Assembly (NCBI GenBank): GCA_028277645.1
Contig: JANQFV010000015.1
Coordinates: forward strand, 51,298 to 115,297
Reading direction: 5' to 3'
Source: Phycisphaerae bacterium
GTDB taxonomy: Bacteria > Planctomycetota > Phycisphaerae > UBA1845 > Fen-1342
Length of the DNA stretch: 64,000 nucleotides
Part shown: positions 9,265 through 17,322 of the stretch, in pieces
How positions within the stretch are numbered: position 1 is the stretch's first letter
How the letters are laid out: every line of letters starts with the position of its first letter
The notes under the pieces: model-generated
The model's input: only the letters and a program-made list of their open reading frames with translations
What the model was told of the DNA's origin: nothing
Database searches by the model: none
Program-made: the position numbers and the translations under genes

Positions 9265-10230
9265 GTGACGCAGTTTGGTTTGTGGCGTGCGTGTGTTGCC
9301 GAGGCGTTCGGCACGTTCCTGCTGGTGTTCTTCGGCACCGGGGTCATGTTCGTCGCGGTGCTGACGGACGCTATCGGCGGGTTGTTTCAGGTGGCGGTTG
9401 TTTGGGGAATCGTCATTGCACTCGCGATCTACGCCACCAGCGCGGTGAGCGGCACGCACATCAATCCCGCGGTCACACTGGCCTTCGCCGTCCGCCGGCA
9501 CTTCCCGTGGTCCAGGGTTGGGCCTTACATAGCGTCGCAGGTGCTAGGCGCGTTCTGCGCTGCGGCCCTGTTGTACGCGCTGTTCGGCAACATCCTGAAG
9601 GCCCACGAAACGGAACACGGCCTCGTGCGCGGCGAACCCGGCAGCCAGGCCGTGGCGATGGTCTTCGGTGAGTACTTTCCCAACCCCGGCATGTTCGGCA
9701 CCGACGCGGCGGCGTTTGCGAAGGTGAGGCACTGGCAGGCGATGCTCGCCGAGGGTGTTGGCACAGCGCTGTTGGTGCTGTTCGTATTCGCGCTGATCGA
9801 CGCGCGTAATCGCAATCGGCCCGACGGCACGCTGTTCGCCGTCTTCATCGGCCTGACCGTGACGATCATCATCATGGTGGTGTCGCCGCTGACGCAGGCG
9901 GGACTAAACCCGGCCCGTGATTTCGGCCCACGTCTGTTCGCCCTGGTCGCCGGCTGGGGCACGATCGCAATCCCCGGTCCCCGCGGCGGCTTCTTCACGG
10001 TGTACATTCTTGCCCCCCTGCTTGGCGGTCTGGTCGGCGGCACGTTCTACGACTGGTTCATTCGTCTGCCGGCGGAGAAGGTCGCACGACGAAACAGTGG
10101 TGTTCGTCACGCGCAGATGGCAGCAACAGACATCATCGACACCCGCGCGGCCGACTCCGCACCTACCTCGAAGCCAGACACCGTCGCTACGAACGCTGCG
10201 TCGCGCGTTGAGCAAACCGCCACCAAGTGA
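9265..10230 (+). CDS. glpF: MIP-family channel, aquaglyceroporin (GlpF-like) with a ~60 aa C-terminal tail
   Basis: Two NPA boxes (HINPAVTLA and GLNPARDFGPR). AEAFGTFLLVFFGTG N-terminus. Six hydrophobic segments. GTG start. Confidence 0.8.
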   Translation: MTQFGLWRACVAEAFGTFLLVFFGTGVMFVAVLTDAIGGLFQVAVVWGIVIALAIYATSAVSGTHINPAVTLAFAVRRHFPWSRVGPYIASQVLGAFCAAALLYALFGNILKAHETEHGLVRGEPGSQAVAMVFGEYFPNPGMFGTDAAAFAKVRHWQAMLAEGVGTALLVLFVFALIDARNRNRPDGTLFAVFIGLTVTIIIMVVSPLTQAGLNPARDFGPRLFALVAGWGTIAIPGPRGGFFTVYILAPLLGGLVGGTFYDWFIRLPAEKVARRNSGVRHAQMAATDIIDTRAADSAPTSKPDTVATNAASRVEQTATK

Positions 10231-10332
10231 CGTCTCTCGCTGCTCCGAAAGGCCAACGGATCACTTGGCCTGCCGTACGCTGCTATACTGCACACACCCT
10301 GTTCATTCGAACTTCTATGCGGGGCAGAAAAC

Positions 10333-11820
10333 ATGATCGATCGCGATAAGCTTGAGGAACTCCTGCGGCGTGGGCATCCGTGCGTCAGTGTGCGCACGTT
10401 CGAGGAGGCATACGTTGTTGACCTGTTGCGCGACATTGCCAACATGCTCGACCGGCCGCTTTGGCTGTGGACGTGCAGTGTGGGTCTGCAGGATGCATTG
10501 CTGCCCGGCAGTGCGATCATCGCGACCACCGATAACGCCGCCGCCGCGCTGGTGCAGATGACCGAGCTCAAGGGTCAGCCGATTTGTGTCGCACTCGATC
10601 TGATTCCGCACCTGCGCGATCAGAAGACGCTGCGCATCCTGCGCGACGCGCTACGGCGATTCGACGAGTCCGGCACACAACTCGTCATGATCGATCACGA
10701 AGATGAGATTCCGCCGGTGGTCGCTGATTTCGCGACCCGCTACGACCTGTCGCTGCCCGACGAACGCGAGCTCGAGCGGCTCGTGCGCGAGACCGTGACC
10801 CGCATCCACCGCGAGAGCCCCGTCGAGGTCGATCTCACCCGCCGCGGCCTGCGCACCATAGTTCGCAACCTGCGCGGCCTCACGCGCCGGCAGGCCGAGC
10901 GCATCATCACCGATGCGGTGATCGACGATCGTCGTTTTGACGAGGGCGACCTGAATGGGATTCTGGCGGCCAAACGGCGCGCGTTGCAGCGTGGCGGGCT
11001 GCTCGAATACGTCGAGGCGCCCGTCGACCTGGAGGAGATCGGCGGTCTGCGGCGGCTGAAGGCCTGGCTCGCCCAACGGCAGAACGCGTTGACGGATAAG
11101 GCCGCCGAGTTCGGCCTCGCCGTCCCGCGGGGCGTGCTCATGCTCGGCGTGCAGGGCGCGGGCAAGAGCCTGTGCGCCAAGGCGATTGCGACGGCCTGGC
11201 AGCGGCCGCTGCTGCGCATGGACGTCGGCGGACTCTACGACCGCTACGTCGGCGAGTCGGAACGCCGGTTGCGCGACGCGCTGGCGCAGGCCGAGATGAT
11301 GGCCCCGATCATCCTGTGGATCGACGAGATCGAGAAGGCGTTTGCCTCCGCGGCCAGCCGCAGCACCGACGGCGGTCTGTCGCAGCGCATGTTTGGCCAG
11401 CTCCTGACTTGGATGCAGGAGCACTGCACGCCGGTGTTTCTGGTCGCGACGGCCAACGACATCGAGGCCCTGCCGCCGGAGTTGCTGCGCAAGGGTCGTT
11501 TCGACGAGATCTTCTTTGTCGACCTGCCGCGGGCCGATACGCGTGCGGAGATCTTCACAATCCACCTGCGCAAACGCGATCGCGATCCAAGTAGGTTCGA
11601 TCTGGACGCGCTCGCCGAGGCATCGGACGGCTACAGCGGTGCTGAGATCGAGCAGGCGGTGATCGCCGCGCTGCACGAGGCGTATGCTGTCAAGGCAGAG
11701 CTATCCACGGACCACATCAGCACGGCGCTGGGAAACTCGCCGCCGTTGTCGGTGACGATGGCTGAACGGGTCGCGGCGCTGCGCGCCTGGGCGGATGGAC
11801 GTTGCGTACCGGCGGATTGA
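10333..11820 (+). CDS. Ycf46-like AAA+ ATPase
   Basis: Walker A GVQGAGKS. Walker B ILWIDEIEKAF. Classical-clade AAA signature VFLVATANDIEALPPELLRKGRFDEIFFVDLP. Length (~495 aa) and the N-terminal non-ATPase domain match my recollection of cyanobacterial/plastid Ycf46. Confidence 0.8.
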   Translation: MIDRDKLEELLRRGHPCVSVRTFEEAYVVDLLRDIANMLDRPLWLWTCSVGLQDALLPGSAIIATTDNAAAALVQMTELKGQPICVALDLIPHLRDQKTLRILRDALRRFDESGTQLVMIDHEDEIPPVVADFATRYDLSLPDERELERLVRETVTRIHRESPVEVDLTRRGLRTIVRNLRGLTRRQAERIITDAVIDDRRFDEGDLNGILAAKRRALQRGGLLEYVEAPVDLEEIGGLRRLKAWLAQRQNALTDKAAEFGLAVPRGVLMLGVQGAGKSLCAKAIATAWQRPLLRMDVGGLYDRYVGESERRLRDALAQAEMMAPIILWIDEIEKAFASAASRSTDGGLSQRMFGQLLTWMQEHCTPVFLVATANDIEALPPELLRKGRFDEIFFVDLPRADTRAEIFTIHLRKRDRDPSRFDLDALAEASDGYSGAEIEQAVIAALHEAYAVKAELSTDHISTALGNSPPLSVTMAERVAALRAWADGRCVPAD

Positions 11821-11988
11821 GCTATCGGTCACCGAAAGCAATGTGAGATGCTAACAGCGTCGGAGCCAACACGGTCGTGATGCCGGATGCTTCCCCAAGG
11901 AGTCAGGCGTTTCCACCGTTGCGAACGATGACACCGACCAACGCTTGCATTGCGGAAACCGAACGAGGCATATAGAATCACAAATGCC

Positions 11989-12091
11989 AGGGGCAGGAGC
12001 GGGTGTGGACCCCGCTCCCCGCGATCACCGGGCCCCGACCCGCGGTGTGGACCCGTAGGTCGTCGACGAACCGGGTAATCGCGGTGCCCCT
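11989..12091. other. candidate structured RNA/DNA element (nested three-way junction with two TGTGGAC-loop hairpins)
   Basis: Stems are contiguous with no unpaired junction bases. P1 is AGGGGCA (11989-11995) / TGCCCCT (12085-12091). P2 is GGAGCGGG-TGTGGAC-CCCGCTCC (11996-12018). P3 is CCGCGAT (12019-12025) / ATCGCGG (12078-12084). Direct repeat GGTGTGGACCC at 12002-12012 and 12044-12054. Confidence 0.3.
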
Positions 12092-12106
12092 GCCACCCCT
12101 TTCATA

Positions 12107-12823
12107 CTAACCATCACCAACCTGCAGCTCAAGTAGTTCAATCTGCTTGGTAATGATCTCAATATCGCGACTATTCAGCTCAGCAGGAACCCTCAAAAGC
12201 GCAAAGCGTCCTTCGGTGAGTCGAAAGTAGAATTCTTGTTGGTCACTATCGCTGCGGACAACCGACGCTTCCGCGGTGTTCTTGAACTTTACGTCGCTCA
12301 CCGTCGCTGCACGCTGATCATCTTCCTCTCGCGGCAACGGAGTTTCTGCGCCTTTGGTTCTCATGAAGCGCAGATCTCCATCAATTACCCCCGCGTGTTC
12401 GGCAGAGCGGATTAAGATCTTGGCCGCTAGATCTGCCGCATTATGTGTGATGCCGAATCTCCTGTGGAGCACAGTTGCTAGCCGATTCGGTAATTGCCCC
12501 TCAGTTTCGAAGTGTGTTAGCACTTGTGAGTACAATCGCGGGTTATACACTGCCTGGTGCATCGCGTCTGGCAGTTCCCCGTCAAGTGGATCCAGCACCT
12601 GCCTTCCGAGGTCTGTGACCTGGTAGCCATCGGACGCCCGAACCATAAGTCCGAAGTGGCACATTGCCGCCACGGTCCGAATAAACGTATTTGAAGCTAC
12701 GCCCACCGCGTCCGCCATTGCTTCACGCGAATGTGGCCCTGGGCCGATCGCACGCCTCACCGCTTTGAGTTGCTCCACGCACGCGTCCAACGCCACACCG
12801 GGGTATGCTTTGCTGCGCGCCAT
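12107..12823 (-). CDS. hypothetical protein, possible winged-helix N-terminus, low-GC orphan
   Basis: 238 aa ORF with no competing ORF. GC is markedly lower than neighbouring genes. AT-rich upstream region 12824-13078. The wHTH assignment is a guess from the pattern AMADAVGVASNTFIRTVAAMCHFGLM. Confidence 0.55.
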   Translation of the reverse strand: MARSKAYPGVALDACVEQLKAVRRAIGPGPHSREAMADAVGVASNTFIRTVAAMCHFGLMVRASDGYQVTDLGRQVLDPLDGELPDAMHQAVYNPRLYSQVLTHFETEGQLPNRLATVLHRRFGITHNAADLAAKILIRSAEHAGVIDGDLRFMRTKGAETPLPREEDDQRAATVSDVKFKNTAEASVVRSDSDQQEFYFRLTEGRFALLRVPAELNSRDIEIITKQIELLELQVGDG

Positions 12824-13078
12824 TGCGACCTCCTTTAATCCCTGCTTTAGTATACCAGGTACCAGGTGGGTGTCAACTAAAATATCTGACCGTTGGTTTA
12901 TTGTGTGCTAATCGTGATGCATGATAGCGACGATGTTCCCGTGGGACATTGTAAGTCGTTGTATATCAATATGTTGTGAATGACTAAGGTGTGGATGTGT
13001 TGGTGGTTTTGTGCGCGGCGGTGTGATCGGTCCGGGCTTCACGCGTGGGTCTGGGTGTGATGTGCTCAGAGTCGTCGA

Positions 13079-13342
13079 CTACGTCACCTTCCGGAACTTC
13101 CCGCCGCCCTCGTTGACTAGCTTGGTGAAACCCTTGGCTTTGAGGTTCTTGTCCGACAGCTTCGCTTTGTCCGACATCTGCGTGGAGATGTCGCAGCGGG
13201 AGATGAGGCGTGTGATCGGCTGGCCGCACTCCGGGCAGGCCGTCAGCGCGTCGTCGCGCATCGACTGCTGCACCTCGAACCGCGCGCGGCACAGGTCGCA
13301 CCCCGCGTTAGGTTCTAGTGCCTGATACTCATACGTTGGCAT
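13079..13342 (-). CDS. FmdB-family zinc-ribbon putative regulatory protein
   Basis: MPTYEYQ... start, CxxC (CDLC) and CPECG motifs, and the RLIS motif are typical of the FmdB/CxxC_CxxC_SSSS family. Confidence 0.85.
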   Translation of the reverse strand: MPTYEYQALEPNAGCDLCRARFEVQQSMRDDALTACPECGQPITRLISRCDISTQMSDKAKLSDKNLKAKGFTKLVNEGGGKFRKVT

Positions 13343-13516
13343 TGCAGGTGCCTGATTCTAGCCCAGTTTCAGAAGAAGCGCGTTGCTCGACGCGAGCGTC
13401 GTTACTCACAAGACACACTGCTCAAGAGCAGTGGCACACCGGACCGCATCTGAACGCGCGCTAGCAGAGCGGACACGGCGCCGCCCGCTATGGACGGCGC
13501 CGCTGCGATAGTGCGA

Positions 13517-13909
13517 TTACGCCGACTGCACCGCGATCTTGCGCACTTTTGCGGTTTCGCGCTTCGGCAGGTGGACCGTCAGCACACCGTCACGTACATC
13601 GGCCACGATGGACTCGGGGTCGATGTCCTCGCCGACGCGGAATGTGCGGACGAAGTCGCCTACGCCGTACTCGTGCAGCGCGTAGCGTACGTTGTCCTGC
13701 CGCGGCTCAACGTGGGCGCGGATCGTGAGCTGGCCACGCTCGTAGTCGATGTCGATGTTCTCGGGTCGCGCCCCTGGCACGTTGGCCCGCAGCGCCCATT
13801 CCTGCTCGTTCTCAAGCACGTCGACCGCGGGACGGTACACGGTCTGCGCCGTACGGCAACAGGTTTCCGTGGTGCAGGTGTCGTTGTTCTCGATGGTCGT
13901 ATCGTTCAT
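13517..13909 (-). CDS. Hsp20/alpha-crystallin small heat-shock protein
   Basis: Alpha-crystallin domain pattern: VDVLENEQEWALRANVPG...IDIDYERGQLTI...FRVGEDIDPESIVADVRDGVLTVHLPK. Confidence 0.9.
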   Translation of the reverse strand: MNDTTIENNDTCTTETCCRTAQTVYRPAVDVLENEQEWALRANVPGARPENIDIDYERGQLTIRAHVEPRQDNVRYALHEYGVGDFVRTFRVGEDIDPESIVADVRDGVLTVHLPKRETAKVRKIAVQSA

Positions 13910-13978
13910 GTCGTTTACCTCCAGTCAGTCTCGTCAGTCAATCAAAGGCGCTACGTTCGGCAACGCGTACACGTCTAA

Positions 13979-14072
13979 CGTCATTCCGAACGCAGTGAAG
14001 AATCTACTTGCGAATGGGCGGTACCGTTCGTCTGGAGGTAGATTCCTCCTCGCTACGCTCGTCGGAATGACG
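13979..14072 (+). repeat. ~95-nt palindromic intergenic element, copy 1
   Basis: Arm CGTCATTCCGAACGCAGTGAAGAATCT, then a 34-nt spacer starting ACTTGCGAA, then arm AGATTCCTCCTCGCTACGCTCGTCGGAATGACG. Same architecture as the copies at 62399-62493 and 63152-63245. Confidence 0.8.
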
Positions 14073-14112
14073 CCGCGCCTGGGCGCGTCAAACACGTACG
14101 GCGGTGCAGTCG

Positions 14113-14556
14113 TTACGCCGATTTCACCTCGATCTTTCGCGGGCGCTCGTCAGCCGCCTTCGGCAGCTTGACCGTCAGCACGCCATCCTTCAGCGTCGCT
14201 TCGGTTGCATCGGCATCGACCTTGCTCGGCAATGTCAGTTCCCGCGCGAATTGGGTGAGCACCCGCTCGCGGCGGTGGAACTTGTGCTCGGTTTCCTGTT
14301 CGGCATCCTGAGAGCCCTTGATGCCGAACGCGTCGCCCTGCACGGTGAGCTCGAGCTCGTCGAGCTTCATGCCCGGGACCTCGGCCTCCACGTACACGTT
14401 GTCATCGTCTTCCCGCACGTTCAGCGCGGGAATCGCTCGCACGCTGTTCAGCGCACTTGCGCCACATCGACCAAAGAACGCATCGCTCAAACGGTCGAGT
14501 TCACTGTGCAGTTCGAACAACGGCGAGGCGGCGAAGTTTCGCTTGGCCAGCAACAT
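14113..14556 (-). CDS. Hsp20/alpha-crystallin small heat-shock protein
   Basis: ALNVREDDDNVYVEAEVPGMKLDELELTVQGD...LPSKVDADATEATLKDGVLTVKLPK. Start moved to ATG 14556 (MLLAKRNF), preceded by AAGGAG. The 228-aa track ORF extends upstream without support. Confidence 0.88.
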   Translation of the reverse strand: MLLAKRNFAASPLFELHSELDRLSDAFFGRCGASALNSVRAIPALNVREDDDNVYVEAEVPGMKLDELELTVQGDAFGIKGSQDAEQETEHKFHRRERVLTQFARELTLPSKVDADATEATLKDGVLTVKLPKAADERPRKIEVKSA

Positions 14557-14630
14557 GACTGATCTCCTTTCGTTGCGGTCACCTTCGCGGCGGCGCACGT
14601 TGCCGCCGACACCTCTCGCTGGTCCCTTAT

Positions 14631-14646
14631 TGCAACAGCCGTGCCA
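14631..14646 (-). promoter_or_regulatory. sigma-54 (-24/-12) promoter upstream of the second hsp20 gene
   Basis: The minus strand reads TGGCACGGCTGTTGCA, which is TGGCACG-N4-TTGCA. This matches the consensus exactly and lies ~75 nt upstream of ATG 14556. Confidence 0.6.
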
Positions 14647-14783
14647 GAGCGTGCTTGGAATTCGTACGGAGCTTACATAAGCAGCGCAATTGCATTTACT
14701 TAGGGGCGTTTCGCCGTTGTATCTACTCCCCTGCAAAACTGTCAAAAAGTCACGTCTGGCAGTCGGCGTACAATAGGGTCGGC

Positions 14784-16631
14784 ATGGCGAACGACGCATA
14801 CGACGTGGTGGTGGTCGGCGGCGGACATGCCGGCGCGGAGGCGGCTTGGGCCGCGGCCAACCTCGGTGCGCGCACGGCGCTAGTCACGTTTCAGATCGAA
14901 GCGATCGGGCGCCTGTCCTGTAATCCCGCGATCGGTGGCATCGGCAAGGGCCAGATTGTGCGCGAGGTCGACGCGCTCGGTGGACTGATGGGGCGCGTCA
15001 CCGATGAGGCGGGAATTCAGTTCCGGATGCTGAATCGCCGCAAGGGGCCGGCGGTTTGGGCGCCGCGCGCCCAGGCTGACGGCGATGACTATCCGCGCGT
15101 GCTGCAGCGCTATCTGCGCGATTGTCCGAATCTCTCGCTCGTGGAGGCGGGCGTTGATGCGTTGCTGTCGGAGCCTGCGGACGGGGAGTATCAGCGCAGG
15201 ATCACCGGCGTATTACTCGACGACGGGCGCAAGTTGCACTGCGAAGCAGTGGTTATCGCGTCCGGAACATTCCTGCGCGGGTTGATGCACACGGGTGCCG
15301 AACAGACCGTCGGTGGTCGCGTCGGTGAGCGTTCGGCCCGTACACTCAGTGATGCGTTGCATGAACTGGGCCTGCGGCTCGGGCGCTTGAAGACCGGCAC
15401 GCCGCCGCGGGTGGCGCGCGACAGTGTCGACTTCGCGCGCCTGACGGAGCAGCCCGGTGATGAGACGCCGGCCCCCTTCTCGTTTCTCACTGAGCGCATC
15501 GCGCAAGATCAGATTTGCTGCTGGATATCCGGCACGTCGCCGGCCATTCACGACATGATCCGCGCCAACCTGGACCGCGCGCCGCTGTACACCGGGCAGA
15601 TTGAGTCCACCGGCCCGCGCTACTGTCCGAGCATCGAGACCAAGGTGTTGCGCTTCCCCGACAAGGAACGTCACCAGGTATTTCTCGAACCGGAAGGGCG
15701 CGACAGTGAGCGCATTTACGTCAACGGCATCAGCACTTCACTGCCACGCGACGTGCAGGCGCAGATGGTTGCACTGATCCCCGGTCTGGAGCGCGCGCGC
15801 ATCGTGCAATGGGGCTATGCAGTCGAGTATGACTTCGTCTGGCCGGAACAGATCGACGTCAGCCTGATGGCCAAAAGTGTGCGCGGGCTTTTCCTCGCCG
15901 GACAGATCTGCGGCACGAGTGGGTACGAGGAGGCGGCTGGGCAGGGACTGGTAGCAGGTGTGAACGCTACACGTTTGTTGCGTGATGCCGAGCCGCTGGT
16001 TCTGGGTCGCGATCAGGCGTACATCGGCGTAATGATCGATGATCTCGTCACACGCGGGATCACCGAGCCGTATCGCATGTTCACGTCGCGGGCCGAGCAC
16101 CGGATGCACCTGCGGTACGACAACGCCGACACGCGGTTGACGCCGCTAGGGCATGAGTTGGGCACGGTCGACGCCAAGCGGTGGGCGCGATATTTGCGCT
16201 CGGCGGAGAACATCGATTCGGTGCTACGGATGGCGGACGAGATCCGCTGGGACGGACGGCCTCTGCAGGACTGGCTCAGGCGGCCTGATGAAGATGCGGA
16301 GCGCTACGCACGGGAGTTCCCGGAGCTTGCACGCTGTCCCGACTCGTGGCAGCGGGCGCTCATCCTCATCAAATACCACGGCTACATTGAGCGCCAACGC
16401 CGAACGATCGAGCGGGCCCGCGCCACAGAGCGGCAGCCCATACCGCCCGGGATCGATTACGGAGTGATCCCGCACCTGCGGCGGGAGGCTATGGAGCGCT
16501 TGACGGCGGTTCAGCCTCGGAGCGTCGGGCAGGCGGCGCGTGTCAGCGGCGTGCACCCGTCAGACGTGCAGACGCTCTGCGTGTATCTCGCGGCCCACAA
16601 ACACACTTCATCTGGGGATCGGGTTGCCTGA
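14784..16631 (+). CDS. mnmG: tRNA uridine-5-carboxymethylaminomethyl(34) synthesis enzyme MnmG (GidA)
   Basis: YDVVVVGGGHAGAEAAWAAANLG FAD motif, SCNPAIGGIGKGQIVREVDALGG, and a conserved C-terminal GYIERQ region. Start moved to ATG 14784. Confidence 0.92.
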   Translation: MANDAYDVVVVGGGHAGAEAAWAAANLGARTALVTFQIEAIGRLSCNPAIGGIGKGQIVREVDALGGLMGRVTDEAGIQFRMLNRRKGPAVWAPRAQADGDDYPRVLQRYLRDCPNLSLVEAGVDALLSEPADGEYQRRITGVLLDDGRKLHCEAVVIASGTFLRGLMHTGAEQTVGGRVGERSARTLSDALHELGLRLGRLKTGTPPRVARDSVDFARLTEQPGDETPAPFSFLTERIAQDQICCWISGTSPAIHDMIRANLDRAPLYTGQIESTGPRYCPSIETKVLRFPDKERHQVFLEPEGRDSERIYVNGISTSLPRDVQAQMVALIPGLERARIVQWGYAVEYDFVWPEQIDVSLMAKSVRGLFLAGQICGTSGYEEAAGQGLVAGVNATRLLRDAEPLVLGRDQAYIGVMIDDLVTRGITEPYRMFTSRAEHRMHLRYDNADTRLTPLGHELGTVDAKRWARYLRSAENIDSVLRMADEIRWDGRPLQDWLRRPDEDAERYAREFPELARCPDSWQRALILIKYHGYIERQRRTIERARATERQPIPPGIDYGVIPHLRREAMERLTAVQPRSVGQAARVSGVHPSDVQTLCVYLAAHKHTSSGDRVA

Positions 16632-16724
16632 ATGACCGATATACGGGGTGTGGAGTTTGCCTGGAACTCCTGTTTGTGCTATATTTGGTAATATAGGCAA
16701 TATGGGAAAGGTCTGGGTGAGAAT

Positions 16725-17321
16725 ATGGCGGAAGCTGAGCGTGACGAGAGCCTGCGGCAGAAAACTATCTTCACCACAGGCGAAGTCGCGAAGATCTGCA
16801 AGCTGAGCCAGCAGACGATCATCCGGTGCTTCGACAACGGGCGTCTGCGGGGGTACCGCGTTCCGGGATCGCGCTTCCGTCGTATTCCGCGCGACGCCTT
16901 GATCCAGTTCATGAAAGAGCACCAGATCCCGCTCGAACAGTTCGACGCGGGCAAGACGCGCATCCTTGTGGTCGACGACGACCCGGCCATCGTCGAGATG
17001 ATCGTGGAGCTGCTGGAACGCGACGGACGATTTGATGTCGAGGCCGCGGCCACCGGATTCGACGCCGGTCATCGCACGGCCGAGTTTCGTCCGGAGTGCA
17101 TCGTGCTCGATTACATGTTGCCGGACATTAACGGCAACGCGGTCTGCCGGACGATTCGCAAGGACGAAACGATGAAGGATGTGAAGATCATCATCGTGTC
17201 CGGCGTGATCGACTCCAGCGATGTCGACAGACTGTTCGAAGACGGGGCCGACGACTTCCTCCAGAAGCCGTTCAAGATTTCCGAGCTGGTGGAGCGCATC
17301 AACAAATTGCTGGGGATGTGA
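16725..17321 (+). CDS. response regulator with N-terminal excisionase/MerR-type HTH and C-terminal receiver domain
   Basis: IFTTGEVAKICKLSQQTIIRCFDNGRLRGYRVPGSRFRRIPR resembles the HTH_17/excisionase family. The receiver domain shows RILVVDDDP, the phospho-acceptor context LDYMLPDING, and KIIIVSG. Confidence 0.8.
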   Translation: MAEAERDESLRQKTIFTTGEVAKICKLSQQTIIRCFDNGRLRGYRVPGSRFRRIPRDALIQFMKEHQIPLEQFDAGKTRILVVDDDPAIVEMIVELLERDGRFDVEAAATGFDAGHRTAEFRPECIVLDYMLPDINGNAVCRTIRKDETMKDVKIIIVSGVIDSSDVDRLFEDGADDFLQKPFKISELVERINKLLGM

Positions 17322-17322
17322 G

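Noticed and set aside
10651-11676. 341-aa ORF antisense to the Ycf46-like ATPase; similar shadow ORFs at 20368..21459, 22161..23264, 22330..23316, 42502..43284 and 53908..54840
   Set aside because: All lie opposite or out of frame to genes with strong domain evidence. This is a high-GC artefact.
13424-13442. TGGCAC-N8-GCA on the plus strand as a second sigma-54 promoter
   Set aside because: The spacing and -12 element (CCGCA) deviate from the consensus. It also points towards the 3' end of a minus-strand gene rather than a gene start.
14068-14090. TGACGC...GCGTCA hairpin as the terminator of the second hsp20 gene
   Set aside because: Only ~6 bp pair cleanly. It overlaps the right arm of the palindromic element and has no U-tract, so it is too weak to call separately.
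14655-14783. N-terminal 43-codon extension of mnmG in the ORF track, and the 81-codon extension of hsp20 (14557..14799)
   Set aside because: Homology of both proteins begins at the internal ATGs. The two extensions overlap each other in the divergent promoter region that holds the sigma-54 element.
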